Below are positions 9,237-19,175 of a stretch of DNA of 64,000 nt, piece after piece (position 1 is the first letter of the stretch; the number at the start of each line of letters is the position of its first letter). Made by a program: the position numbers and the translations under genes. The stretch comes from an uncultured Peptococcaceae bacterium (GTDB lineage: Bacteria > Bacillota > Peptococcia > Peptococcales > Peptococcaceae): positions 16,105 to 80,104 of the forward strand of contig CAJUDO010000012.1 of NCBI GenBank assembly GCA_910585405.1. Reading direction: 5' to 3'. A model generated the notes under the pieces. The model saw only the letters and a program-made list of their open reading frames with translations. It searched no databases and was not told the DNA's origin.

Positions 9237-10844
9237 ATGTATCAAGCAAAGCATGCAGCAAAATCACCAAGAGAGATTTCAAAGAAGAAACGCAAAAGTA
9301 GCAGTGTATTACAGGCTGCTGGTATGCTCACTGTGATGATGGCATTGTCTCGCATATTAGGATTTGTACGAGATATTTCTGTCAGTAGTACCTTCGGTAT
9401 TAGCTGGCAAGCAGATGCTTATTCAGCAGCATTCACCATTCCTGATCTGATTTATTTTGCGTTAGTGGGTGGAGGACTTAGTTCTGCATTTATTCCAGTG
9501 TTCAGCAGTTATTTGGCTACAGATAAAGAGGAAGATAGCGCGATTATGGCCAGTACCATTTTGAATATTGTGGGTTTGGCTGCATTGGCTTTGGTAGCGA
9601 TAGGGCTATTGTTTACACCTCAGTTGGTGAACTTGATGCTGGACTTTAATGAAGAGCGAACAATCAATTTAACAGTAGTATTGACACGCATTATGTTTGC
9701 ACAATGTTTTTTTATGTGTTTGGCAGGGATTGCACAGGGAATTTTACAGTGCTATAAAGAGTTTACCGTGCCGGCACTGGGCGCTGTAGTCTATAATGTC
9801 GCGATTATCGTTATAGGTCTGTTATTATATCGGCAGATTGGGATTATGGGCTTTACCATCGGCGTTGTAGTCGGTGCAGCGTTGAATCTTCTGATGCAGA
9901 TTAGAGCCTTACGGCAATATGATTTTAAGTATCGCTTTGTGTTGCAGCTAGGGCATCCTGGTGTGAAAAAGTTTTTTCTGTTGCTCTTGCCGGTGGTGCT
10001 TGGCCTTTCTATGAATGAAATTAACTTGGTTGTGATTCAGAATCTGGCTTCTGGTTTGGGTGAGGGTGTAGTATATGCACTGAAACAAGCGCAGCGAATT
10101 ATGATGCTGCCGGTGGGTATTTTTGCTTCGGCCATTGGCTTATCATTTTTCCCGACGATGACCGATCATGTGGCCAAGGGAGAGATCACAGCTTATAAGA
10201 AAAATTTGACAATGGGTTTGCGTACCATTATTTTTATCACGTTACCTGCGGCAGTAGGACTGATGGCATTGAGTCACCCCATAGCGCGGGCTATGTACCA
10301 GCAATTTCAGACAACGCCAGAAGAAGTACAGCTGGTAGCTACGATTTTAGTGTTTTATTGTATTGGGATTGTAGGTTATTCGGCACAGCAAATTTTGAAC
10401 AGAGGCTTTTATGCAATACAGGATACGAAATCACCAGTACAGATTAATGTATTTGTGCTGCTCTTTAATATTATATTGAGCATTTTATTGGTAAAAGCGA
10501 TGGAATATCGTGGCTTGGCGCTTGCCTATTCTATTTCTGGTTTGTTGAGTATGCTGGTGCTGGGTTTTGCATTGCGACGAAAGATTGGACCTTTTGGCGG
10601 ACGTTCTCTGGTAAAGTCTGCTCTGCAGTCTATCATTGCGTCAGCAGTGATGGGTGTGACTGTATATCTCACAGCAGGTGGTTTAGAGCAAGTGCTGGAT
10701 GTTACAGGAAAGGTTATGCAAGTGGGGCAAGTGTTGATTAGTGTGATGGTAGGCGTGTTGGTATATGCACTGATGGCAATCATGATGCGTATGGAGGAAG
10801 TGCGTATGATGTTAAGTGTCGTGCGAAGAAAATTGCATCGATAA
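9237..10844 (+). CDS. murJ: Lipid II flippase MurJ
   Basis: LSRILGFVRD ... ADAYSAAFTIPD N-terminal MurJ/MviN signature. About 14 TM, 535 aa. Confidence 0.85.
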   Translation: MYQAKHAAKSPREISKKKRKSSSVLQAAGMLTVMMALSRILGFVRDISVSSTFGISWQADAYSAAFTIPDLIYFALVGGGLSSAFIPVFSSYLATDKEEDSAIMASTILNIVGLAALALVAIGLLFTPQLVNLMLDFNEERTINLTVVLTRIMFAQCFFMCLAGIAQGILQCYKEFTVPALGAVVYNVAIIVIGLLLYRQIGIMGFTIGVVVGAALNLLMQIRALRQYDFKYRFVLQLGHPGVKKFFLLLLPVVLGLSMNEINLVVIQNLASGLGEGVVYALKQAQRIMMLPVGIFASAIGLSFFPTMTDHVAKGEITAYKKNLTMGLRTIIFITLPAAVGLMALSHPIARAMYQQFQTTPEEVQLVATILVFYCIGIVGYSAQQILNRGFYAIQDTKSPVQINVFVLLFNIILSILLVKAMEYRGLALAYSISGLLSMLVLGFALRRKIGPFGGRSLVKSALQSIIASAVMGVTVYLTAGGLEQVLDVTGKVMQVGQVLISVMVGVLVYALMAIMMRMEEVRMMLSVVRRKLHR

Positions 10845-10961
10845 TGTTGCCTTTACTTGACAGAAAGGCAGCAATCTCGTATTCTAAAGAATAAGGTATG
10901 ACAGGAGTATTTGACTTATGAATATTTGGCGGACAAGCTATGGCAAAGGAGTGGAAAGTAA

Positions 10962-11660
10962 ATGGAGAATTTGCAAGTAAATGAGGGGAAAGAATGTGTG
11001 CGTATAGTGGACGGAGTAGGTTATGAGCGGTATGCAATTGGTACCCATGTCATTACCAACGAAGACAACATTGTAGATGTTGTGAAAAAATATGCTGTGC
11101 CGCATATGCAACAAAATGATATTCTTTTTATGTCGGAAAAGGCGGTGGCTTGTACGCAAAACAGAGCGATTCCTATGGATACAATCAAACCGAGACTTTT
11201 GGCGCGTATATTGGTGAAGTTCGTTTATAGGTCGCCTCATGGATTGGGTCGTACTTTGCCTGAAACAATGGAGATTACTTTGCAGCAGGCTGGTACACCT
11301 CGTATCCTTTTTGCTGCTTTCTGCTCTGCTATTGGGAAGCTGTTTAAAAAACGGGGGATTTTTTATGCAATTGCAGGCGAGGCTGTACGTGCTATTGACG
11401 GACCTTGTCCCGGTGCGTTGCCGCCAATGGACCGTTGTGTGACATTAGGACCTGAAAATCCAGAGAAAGTAAGCAAGGAAATTTCTCAGGCAATCGGCTA
11501 CGATGTGGCGATTATTGATGCCAATGATTTAAATATCGAAATTCTTGGCTTTTCTGGAAAGAAGAAGCAAGTGAAATTGTTGGAAGAAGCGCTTCGTGAC
11601 AACCCGTTAGGTCAGGGACGGGAATGTACACCCATGGGAATTTTGCGCAAAGTAGAATAA
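10962..11660 (+). CDS. CofE-like (F420-0:gamma-glutamyl ligase family) protein
   Basis: Overall resemblance to the F420_ligase fold family (DILFMSEKAVA..., IIDANDL, LRDNPLGQG). By-eye call only. Confidence 0.5.
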   Translation: MENLQVNEGKECVRIVDGVGYERYAIGTHVITNEDNIVDVVKKYAVPHMQQNDILFMSEKAVACTQNRAIPMDTIKPRLLARILVKFVYRSPHGLGRTLPETMEITLQQAGTPRILFAAFCSAIGKLFKKRGIFYAIAGEAVRAIDGPCPGALPPMDRCVTLGPENPEKVSKEISQAIGYDVAIIDANDLNIEILGFSGKKKQVKLLEEALRDNPLGQGRECTPMGILRKVE

Positions 11661-11672
11661 CAGGAGTGTGCC

Positions 11673-12338
11673 ATGCATCATATCTTTGTAGATTTTGAGA
11701 TGAATCATATTGCCGGTCAATATGAGGAAGAGCGCAGCTTCAGTAAAATGGAAATTGTGGAGATAGGTGCAGTCATGTTGGACGAGCACTATCAGGAAAT
11801 TAGCAGCTTTCAATCCTATGTGAAACCGGAATATAATGATAAAATAGAAAAACAATGTACTAAGGTGACAGGTATTACCACAGAGACGGTAGCTGATGCG
11901 CCGAGACTGTGGCCTGTGCTGCAGCAGTTTTTGGAGTGGTGCGGCAACGAGGACCTAACCGTATACGCGTGGAGTGACAGTGATTTACAGCAGTTAAAGC
12001 GAGAAATGAATTTGAAGGAGATCGAGTGTAAGGGTTTACACCGACTGTGTAATAATTGGGTAGATTTTCAACGAATTTTCTGTGATCTGCTGGGAATTGG
12101 CAAGCGTGTAGCGTTAAAGCATGCGGTGAATGCGATTCATTCTGAGTTTGACGGCGCTGAGCATGATGCGTTGTGGGATGCGCGCAATACTGCAAAAATT
12201 TTTACTCTATCGAAAAATGAGACAGAATTTCATCGCATTATGGGACCGGTTATTGAAGCCTTTAAACCTGCGGCTCCTATGACCTCCACATTGGGGGATT
12301 TATTTCCTGACATGGCGAAACTGTTGGAGCACAATTGA
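11673..12338 (+). CDS. DEDDh 3'-5' exonuclease (KapD/ERI-like)
   Basis: FVDFEMN ... EIVEIGAV ... HDALWDARNT exonuclease motifs I-III. Confidence 0.7.
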   Translation: MHHIFVDFEMNHIAGQYEEERSFSKMEIVEIGAVMLDEHYQEISSFQSYVKPEYNDKIEKQCTKVTGITTETVADAPRLWPVLQQFLEWCGNEDLTVYAWSDSDLQQLKREMNLKEIECKGLHRLCNNWVDFQRIFCDLLGIGKRVALKHAVNAIHSEFDGAEHDALWDARNTAKIFTLSKNETEFHRIMGPVIEAFKPAAPMTSTLGDLFPDMAKLLEHN

Positions 12339-12609
12339 TAGTGATTGGGCTGCAGTTGCAGGAGTGAAATTGTGTGATTTGATATCCTGGGTGATATTAC
12401 CTGGGATATTTTTTGTGGATAGAATGTTTGGAAAAAAGGATTTTAACATGGGTACGGTGAAATATAATTACGAAAAAATATATTGTTTTGACGATTTTAT
12501 TGGAAAGATGTTAAAAATAGTAGAAAAAATATGTATATTTGCAGCGTTTTTGCCAAGAATCGTAAAATTGGGGAATGCAAGATAAATTGAAAGGTAAAGA
12601 GGGTTGTAG

Positions 12610-14982
12610 ATGATGGATGTGTTGCAGGACAAGATGCAATCAGAGCAAGATATAGAGGAAAATATAGAGAACCAAGCAAAACTGCCAGTAGTGCCGTTGC
12701 GGGGAATGGTTATTTTTCCAAACACAGAGATGCATTTGGATTTAGGACGAAAATTTTCTATTCAGGCTGTACAGGAAAGCGCACAAAATAATACGGAGGT
12801 TTTATTGGCTTTTCAAAAAAATGCAGAACAAGGCTTACCTAGTGCTGAGGATTTGTATGAGATTGGTGTAGTAGCAAAGGTAAAACGTACCATCTCCTTG
12901 CCGACAGAAGGAATGCGGGTGTTGGTAGCAGCCCTGTATCCAGTAAGAGTATTAGGGTATCATATTGGGGAAGAACGGATTACTGCGGTGTATGAGGAAC
13001 TGCCTATGCCCGAATATGACTCGGAAAAATTGGAAGTGAAAATAAGAGCGTTGCGCCATCAGTTTGAAGCCTATTTAAAGCGGAGCAGTCGTGTAGGTGC
13101 AGAACAACTGAAACAAATTATGGATACTGACCCGCTGGTATTTCAGTTAAATATGATGTGCAGCTACTTAAATGTAAAGCCGGAGGAACGCTATGCATTA
13201 TTGGCAGAGCAGGATGTGGAGCAGCGCATCGACGCGATGCTGGAGCTCATTGTGCGGGAAGCCAATTTTGCTGAATTGGAGCGGGAATTGAATGAAAAAG
13301 TTAAAATTCAAGTAGATAAGAGTCAAAAGGAATATTATCTGCGGGAAAAGATGAAAGTCATCAGTGACGAATTAGGTGAAGGTGAAAGTCGTTCTGAAGA
13401 AGTACACGCTTTTAAGGAAAAGTTGGAAACACTACAGTTGGACAAAACGACACGGGAAAAAATAGAAAAGAGTATCAACCAACTGTTAAAAATCAGTACG
13501 ATGTCACCGGAATATTCGGTATTACGCAATTATGTGGAGACGGTATTGGAGTTACCATGGAATCAGTACAGTGAGGATTGTTTGGATATCAAACAGGCGG
13601 AACTTGTTCTGAATCGGGATCATTATGGCTTGGAAAAGGTCAAGGAACGAATTTTAGAGTCTTTGGCGGTACGTCAGCTGCGCAACGATAATAAAGGCTC
13701 TATCTTATGTCTGGTTGGGCCGCCGGGCGTGGGGAAAACATCTCTGGCGCATTCTATTGCTGAGGCGTTAAATCGAAAATACGTACGCATTTCACTAGGC
13801 GGCGTGCGGGATGAAGCGGAAATTCGCGGGCATCGCCGCACCTATGTGGGTGCTATGCCGGGACGTATTATTCGCGGTATGATCGAAGCAGGTACCGCCA
13901 ATCCGGTATTTTTGATGGATGAGATTGACAAAATGACTACAGATTTTCGCGGCGATCCATCCTCCGCACTGTTGGAGGTACTGGATCCGGCACAAAATAA
14001 TACCTTCAGCGACCATTTTATCGAGTTGCCTTTTGATTTATCCAAAGTATTGTTTATCACTACAGCGAATTCACTGCAGACAATTTCACAGCCGCTGTTG
14101 GACCGCATGGAAGTGATAGAGCTATCCAGTTATATTGAAGATGAGAAAGTGCAGATTGCGCAGCGGTATTTATTGCCCAAACAATTGAAAGAACATGGTC
14201 TGGGAGAAAAACAGGTGTACATTTCTGCCAATACCATCTTGCAGATTATCCGCGACTATACCAGAGAATCTGGTGTACGTAGTCTGGAACGGCAGTTGGC
14301 CTCTATCTGCCGTAAAGCTGCTCGGGAAGTTTTGGATAAAAATAAAAAAAGAGTGCGTGTGGACTTACACAATCTAGAACGCTATTTAGGTCGACCTAAA
14401 TATATGCGCAATTTAGAAACCTTACAGGATGAGGTGGGCAAGGTAACAGGGATGGCCTGGACTTCTGTAGGCGGTGAAACGCTGAATATTGAAGTGAATA
14501 CCTTCCCTGGTAAAGGAGAATTATTATTGACTGGCCAGCTGGGCGATGTGATGCAGGAATCTGCGCGATTGGGGTTCAGTTATGTGCGCAGCATTGCCGA
14601 TAGCTTTGGAATTGATGCAGAATTTTTCGAAAAAAATACCACACATATTCATATTCCAGAAGGTGCTACGCCCAAGGATGGTCCGTCGGCAGGTATTTCT
14701 ATGGCTACGGCAGTCATTTCAGCGCTGACGAAGCGCGCTGTGCGTAAAGAATTTGCCATGACAGGAGAGCTGACGTTGCGGGGCAGGGTCCTACCAGTAG
14801 GTGGTATTCGTGAAAAAGTGTTGGCTGCGCATCGGGCGGGATGTACCAAGATTATTTTACCGCAGGAAAATCTCAAGGATACTGAAGAAATTCCAGCAGA
14901 AATTCAGAAATATTTAGAATTTTATCCTGTACAGAACTTGCAGCAGGTATTAGATTTAGCTCTGGTGGAGGCATCGTTATGA
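12610..14982 (+). CDS. lon: ATP-dependent Lon protease
   Basis: LON N-domain (PVVPLRGMVIFP), Walker A GPPGVGKTS, protease site PKDGPSAG. Confidence 0.95.
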   Translation: MMDVLQDKMQSEQDIEENIENQAKLPVVPLRGMVIFPNTEMHLDLGRKFSIQAVQESAQNNTEVLLAFQKNAEQGLPSAEDLYEIGVVAKVKRTISLPTEGMRVLVAALYPVRVLGYHIGEERITAVYEELPMPEYDSEKLEVKIRALRHQFEAYLKRSSRVGAEQLKQIMDTDPLVFQLNMMCSYLNVKPEERYALLAEQDVEQRIDAMLELIVREANFAELERELNEKVKIQVDKSQKEYYLREKMKVISDELGEGESRSEEVHAFKEKLETLQLDKTTREKIEKSINQLLKISTMSPEYSVLRNYVETVLELPWNQYSEDCLDIKQAELVLNRDHYGLEKVKERILESLAVRQLRNDNKGSILCLVGPPGVGKTSLAHSIAEALNRKYVRISLGGVRDEAEIRGHRRTYVGAMPGRIIRGMIEAGTANPVFLMDEIDKMTTDFRGDPSSALLEVLDPAQNNTFSDHFIELPFDLSKVLFITTANSLQTISQPLLDRMEVIELSSYIEDEKVQIAQRYLLPKQLKEHGLGEKQVYISANTILQIIRDYTRESGVRSLERQLASICRKAAREVLDKNKKRVRVDLHNLERYLGRPKYMRNLETLQDEVGKVTGMAWTSVGGETLNIEVNTFPGKGELLLTGQLGDVMQESARLGFSYVRSIADSFGIDAEFFEKNTTHIHIPEGATPKDGPSAGISMATAVISALTKRAVRKEFAMTGELTLRGRVLPVGGIREKVLAAHRAGCTKIILPQENLKDTEEIPAEIQKYLEFYPVQNLQQVLDLALVEASL

Positions 14983-15602
14983 TTGTAAAAAACGCTGAAT
15001 TTGTAATCAGTGCAGTGGGACCAAAGCAGTATCCGGATGATCACTTGCCGGAAATTGCACTGGCAGGTCGCAGTAATGTGGGAAAATCTTCGTTGATCAA
15101 TAAATTCATCAATCGCAAAAATTTGGCCCGCACCAGCAGCAAGCCGGGAAAAACACAAACACTGAATTACTATCGCATCAATGGCAACCAGTTCTATTTT
15201 GTTGATCTGCCTGGCTATGGCTTTGCGCAAGTAAGTCAGAGCGTGAAGGAAAAATGGGGACATTTTATTGAAGCATATTTAGTCAAACGGGAGAATCTCT
15301 GTGGTGTGATTCAACTAGTGGATTTGCGACATCCGCCCAGTAAAGATGATATTGCGATGTATGATTGGTTGATGCAGCTGCAAAAAGAAGTATTAGTAGT
15401 AGCAACTAAATGTGATAAGGTGTCAAAAGGCCAGTGGCAAAAACATATAAAACAAATAAGAGAAGGTTTGAAAGCTGATAAAAGTCAGCAGATTGTGGTA
15501 TTTTCTGCTGAGACAGGACAAGGCTTAGAGGAATTGCATGCTTGGGTAGAAAAGCATATTGCTGGGGCGCCGTTTGCATTAGAAGAAAATTCTGGGGATT
15601 GA
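14979..15602 (+). CDS. engB: Ribosome-biogenesis GTPase EngB/YsxC
   Basis: ATGA overlap with lon. G1 motif AGRSNVGKSS. Conserved lon-ysxC synteny. Confidence 0.9.
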   Translation: MIVKNAEFVISAVGPKQYPDDHLPEIALAGRSNVGKSSLINKFINRKNLARTSSKPGKTQTLNYYRINGNQFYFVDLPGYGFAQVSQSVKEKWGHFIEAYLVKRENLCGVIQLVDLRHPPSKDDIAMYDWLMQLQKEVLVVATKCDKVSKGQWQKHIKQIREGLKADKSQQIVVFSAETGQGLEELHAWVEKHIAGAPFALEENSGD

Positions 15603-15895
15603 CGTTTTATAAAGGAGAGAACCATGATAAGATGCAGACATTGCCTGCAGAAAGAATTTTTGTAATTGCTGACGGTTTTTGAATTGTAGTAAAACCATAA
15701 ATATAGCATAAAACAGTTAGTTTTTGAAACAGTGATTCTTTATGTAAAATTGGAGAGTGACTGTTTTCTTTTTGAGAAGATAATTCAAAATATAAAATAA
15801 AATTGCAGATTGTTCTGAAATCTGCTTTACTTTGCTACTTTAGTATGATAAAATGCTAAATAGATTTACAACCAAATGATTTGGAGGAGAAAAAA

Positions 15896-16717
15896 ATGAA
15901 AAAAAGATGGATGAAAGTATTGGCTTTGGCATTGGTAGCTGGGATGGCTTTAACTGCCTGCGGCGGAAATGACAAACAGGATGCAAAACAAGAAAATAAT
16001 GGTGACAATGCAGCGTTAACCTATGCAGTAGAGGCCGGCTCTGCAGGAGAAGCAGTTGCACAGGAGAATCAATTCAAATACAATTCTGTAGCTTCTCAGG
16101 CTGATGCTCTGATGGAAGTGGCTTCTGGGACATCGGATGCAGCAATTATTGATTTGCTGATGGCTGGTGCGATGATTGGGGAAAACACAAGCTATCCAGA
16201 TTTAGTACTGGGTGATGAACTGACAACCGAAGAATACGGCGTTGGTTGCCGTAAAGGTTCTGATTTGGCATCCTATATCAATGCGGTATTTGCAGAAACC
16301 TATGCGGACGGTACCATGCAAGAGATTGCAACAACCTATGGCGTGCAGGAAGCACTGTTAGAGCAGGCAGATAGTGAATTTACTGCAAGTGATGCGGACA
16401 GCGATGTTGCTTATATTCAGGACAAAGGGACTTTGATTGTAGGGATTACCGAATTCGAACCTATGGACTATAAAAACGAAAACGGTGACTGGATTGGCTT
16501 TGATGCAGATATGGCCCGCAAGGTTGCAGAAAAACTGGGTGTGGAAGTACAGTTTGTAATTATTGACTGGGATAATAAAATCATGGAATTGGATTCCAAA
16601 AATATTGACGTAGTATGGAATGGCATGACTTTAACCAGTGAAACGACTGGAGCAATGGAGTGCACTAATGCATACTGCAATAATGCACAGGTTGTTGTAG
16701 TGCCTGCTGCAAAATAA
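15896..16717 (+). CDS. Amino-acid ABC transporter substrate-binding lipoprotein (family 3), circularly permuted
   Basis: Lipobox LTAC-GG. The C-terminal lobe sequence precedes the N-terminal lobe sequence (see finding). GGAGG RBS before the ATG at 15896. Confidence 0.8.
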   Translation: MKKRWMKVLALALVAGMALTACGGNDKQDAKQENNGDNAALTYAVEAGSAGEAVAQENQFKYNSVASQADALMEVASGTSDAAIIDLLMAGAMIGENTSYPDLVLGDELTTEEYGVGCRKGSDLASYINAVFAETYADGTMQEIATTYGVQEALLEQADSEFTASDADSDVAYIQDKGTLIVGITEFEPMDYKNENGDWIGFDADMARKVAEKLGVEVQFVIIDWDNKIMELDSKNIDVVWNGMTLTSETTGAMECTNAYCNNAQVVVVPAAK

Positions 16718-16797
16718 ATGCTCGTAATATAAAAAGGTGCAAGGGCAGCGTGAGGCTGCCTTTGCTGTTTTACATAATAAAAAAGGGAGAAGTATTT

Positions 16798-17454
16798 ATG
16801 TTTTGGATTGTCACACAGGGACTTTTAAGTGGCTTGGCAACTACATTTCAAATTTTTATCCTGACATTGGTCTTTGCATTGCCGCTGGGGTTGGTATTAG
16901 CACTAGGCACGATAAGTAAATGGAAACTGTTGAGCTACTTTATTCAGGTGATTGTGTGGATTATTCGTGGAACACCGTTGATGCTGCAGTTGATCATTAT
17001 TTTTTATGGCCCCGGTTTGTGGTTGGATCACAATATCTGGAGCGGTGGCGAGACAGGTCGGATTACTGCCACAGTTGTGGCCTTTACTATCAACTATGCC
17101 TGCTATTTTTCTGTTATTTTTCGCGGTGGGATTGAAGGGGTTCCTGCTGGGCAGCGAGAAGCCGGAGAAGTGTTAGGTATGACAAAAGGGCAAATCTTTT
17201 TTAAAGTCACTTTGCTGCAAATGATCAAACGGATTGTACCACCCATGTCTAACGAAATTATTACATTAGTAAAAGATACATCATTGGCGCGTATTATCGC
17301 TGCTTATGAATTGACTTTTACTGGATATTCGTTTATGAAGTCAACAGGGATTACTTGGCCGTTGTTTTACACGGGCGTATTCTATTTGATTTTTGTAGGA
17401 ATCTTGACGTTGCTATTCAATTATATCGAGCGCAAACTGGATTATTTCAAATAG
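16798..17454 (+). CDS. Amino-acid ABC transporter permease (HisM/GlnP type)
   Basis: EAA-like loop (GVPAGQREAGEVLGMTKGQIFFKV). RBS GGGAGA before the ATG at 16798. Confidence 0.85.
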   Translation: MFWIVTQGLLSGLATTFQIFILTLVFALPLGLVLALGTISKWKLLSYFIQVIVWIIRGTPLMLQLIIIFYGPGLWLDHNIWSGGETGRITATVVAFTINYACYFSVIFRGGIEGVPAGQREAGEVLGMTKGQIFFKVTLLQMIKRIVPPMSNEIITLVKDTSLARIIAAYELTFTGYSFMKSTGITWPLFYTGVFYLIFVGILTLLFNYIERKLDYFK

Positions 17455-17469
17455 GGAGGCGTAGCTTAC

Positions 17470-18255
17470 ATGGCAATATTAGAAGCAAACCATATTGAAA
17501 AACATTTTGGCAATACGAAAGTGTTGAAAGATGTGAGCCTCGAGCTGGATGAGGGGGATACCTTGGCTATTATCGGTTCTTCCGGTTCGGGAAAAACGAC
17601 CTTGTTGCGCTGTCTTAATTTTTTGGAGCGACCTGATCACGGGACGATTTCTGTGAGGGGCGAAAAACTGTTTGATGCAGCATGGACGCTTAAAGAACAG
17701 GAAAAAGATTTGCGGCAAAAACGCTTGCATTTTGGAATGGTGTTTCAATCCTTCAATTTGTTTCCCCAATATACTGCTTTAGAGAATGTAATGTTGGCAG
17801 AACAGTTGTTAGCGAAAGAACAGCCTGATTTTAAGCAAAATAAAAAGAAACTTTATTCTGATATTGAAGCCCATGGACGCATTTTGTTGGCGCAAATGGG
17901 GTTGTCTGACAGGATGGATCACTATCCCCATCAGCTTTCTGGTGGTCAGCAGCAGCGGGTAGCGATTGCTCGGGCATTGGCACTGAATCCAGACATTCTT
18001 TGTTTTGATGAGCCGACCTCGGCATTGGACCCAGAGCTGACAGGGGAAGTGTTAAAGGTAATTCGCAGCCTGGCAGAGAACAAGACAACGATGGTCATTG
18101 TCACCCATGAGATGTCCTTTGCCCGTGATGTGGCCGATCAGATTATGTTTATGGACGGCGGTGTTGTGGTAGAAAGGGGTCCAGCGAAACAGCTGATGGA
18201 TCATCCGCAGGAAGAACGGACAAAAAAATTCCTGTCTCGTTATACACAAGGCTGA
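17470..18255 (+). CDS. Amino-acid ABC transporter ATP-binding protein
   Basis: Walker A GSSGSGKTT, signature LSGGQQQR, Walker B ILCFDEPTSALD. Confidence 0.9.
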   Translation: MAILEANHIEKHFGNTKVLKDVSLELDEGDTLAIIGSSGSGKTTLLRCLNFLERPDHGTISVRGEKLFDAAWTLKEQEKDLRQKRLHFGMVFQSFNLFPQYTALENVMLAEQLLAKEQPDFKQNKKKLYSDIEAHGRILLAQMGLSDRMDHYPHQLSGGQQQRVAIARALALNPDILCFDEPTSALDPELTGEVLKVIRSLAENKTTMVIVTHEMSFARDVADQIMFMDGGVVVERGPAKQLMDHPQEERTKKFLSRYTQG

Positions 18256-18525
18256 CGGACAATTGTATATGAATAAAGAGGCATTTTCAGAGATAAGTGG
18301 AAATGTCTTTTTATTATTCAGAGGCGTTTTTATGTTGAGAATATATAAAAGAAAATTGGATATGTAAAGATTAAGAAAGACATGAAGGACAAACTGTTAT
18401 TTAACATAGAGATTTTGAAAATATAAAAATAAAGAATTGCCTGTCTTTATAACTATTTATTTTTTATACTATATGTTATAATTTTCATAATGGATTGTTT
18501 GTAACGGAAAAAAGGAGGACGGCAA

Positions 18526-19062
18526 ATGCACCCTGATGTAAAGGAAATTTTATTTGATGAAGACCAAATTGCGGCGCGGGTAGCAGAATTGGGCAGACAA
18601 ATCAGTGAAGACTATGCCGGACAGGAAGTGCTTGTGGTCTGTGTGTTAAATGGAGCGATGCCTTTTACCGCTGACCTGCTGCGCAAGCTGGACGGACAGG
18701 TGTGCTTGGATACTATCGCAGCATCCAGCTATGGCAGCGGCACCATATCCAGTGGAACAGTAAAGATTACGAAAGAATTAAAGACGGACATCGTTGGACG
18801 CAATGTGCTTTTGGTGGATGATGTATTTGATACAGGTCTTACCATGAGTTTGTTGGTACAAACCTTGCAGGCAAGAGGCGCAAAATCCGTAAAGAGCTGC
18901 GTATTTTTAGACAAAACTGCCCGACACAGCGTAGCTTATCGACCTGACTATGTGGGCTATGAGATTCCCGATGCCTTTGTAATTGGTTATGGATTAGATT
19001 ATAATGAGCAATACAGGCAACTGCCCTATGTGGGAATTATAAAACCAGAAGCAGTGAGATGA
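18526..19062 (+). CDS. hpt: Hypoxanthine phosphoribosyltransferase
   Basis: PRPP-binding loop VLLVDDVFDTGLT. 178 aa. AGGAGG RBS. Confidence 0.9.
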   Translation: MHPDVKEILFDEDQIAARVAELGRQISEDYAGQEVLVVCVLNGAMPFTADLLRKLDGQVCLDTIAASSYGSGTISSGTVKITKELKTDIVGRNVLLVDDVFDTGLTMSLLVQTLQARGAKSVKSCVFLDKTARHSVAYRPDYVGYEIPDAFVIGYGLDYNEQYRQLPYVGIIKPEAVR

Positions 19063-19175
19063 AAGCAGAAAAATGTAAAATTGCTTGTCATAGTATACAA
19101 ATGTATTGTAGAATAAGATATTCAAAGGATTAAAACAAAAATAGTAAAATTTTGAGAGAGGATGGGGAAGCTTCT

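Noticed and set aside
12364-12585. 73-aa ORF upstream of lon.
   Set aside because: GTG start without a convincing RBS, and no motif. More likely the lon promoter/leader region. I also looked there for CIRCE or CtsR operators and found none.
18256-19175. Looked for purine riboswitches upstream of hpt and guaA.
   Set aside because: I could find no conserved purine-aptamer junction sequences by eye, and the guaA leader is short. Only possible promoter hexamers are present.
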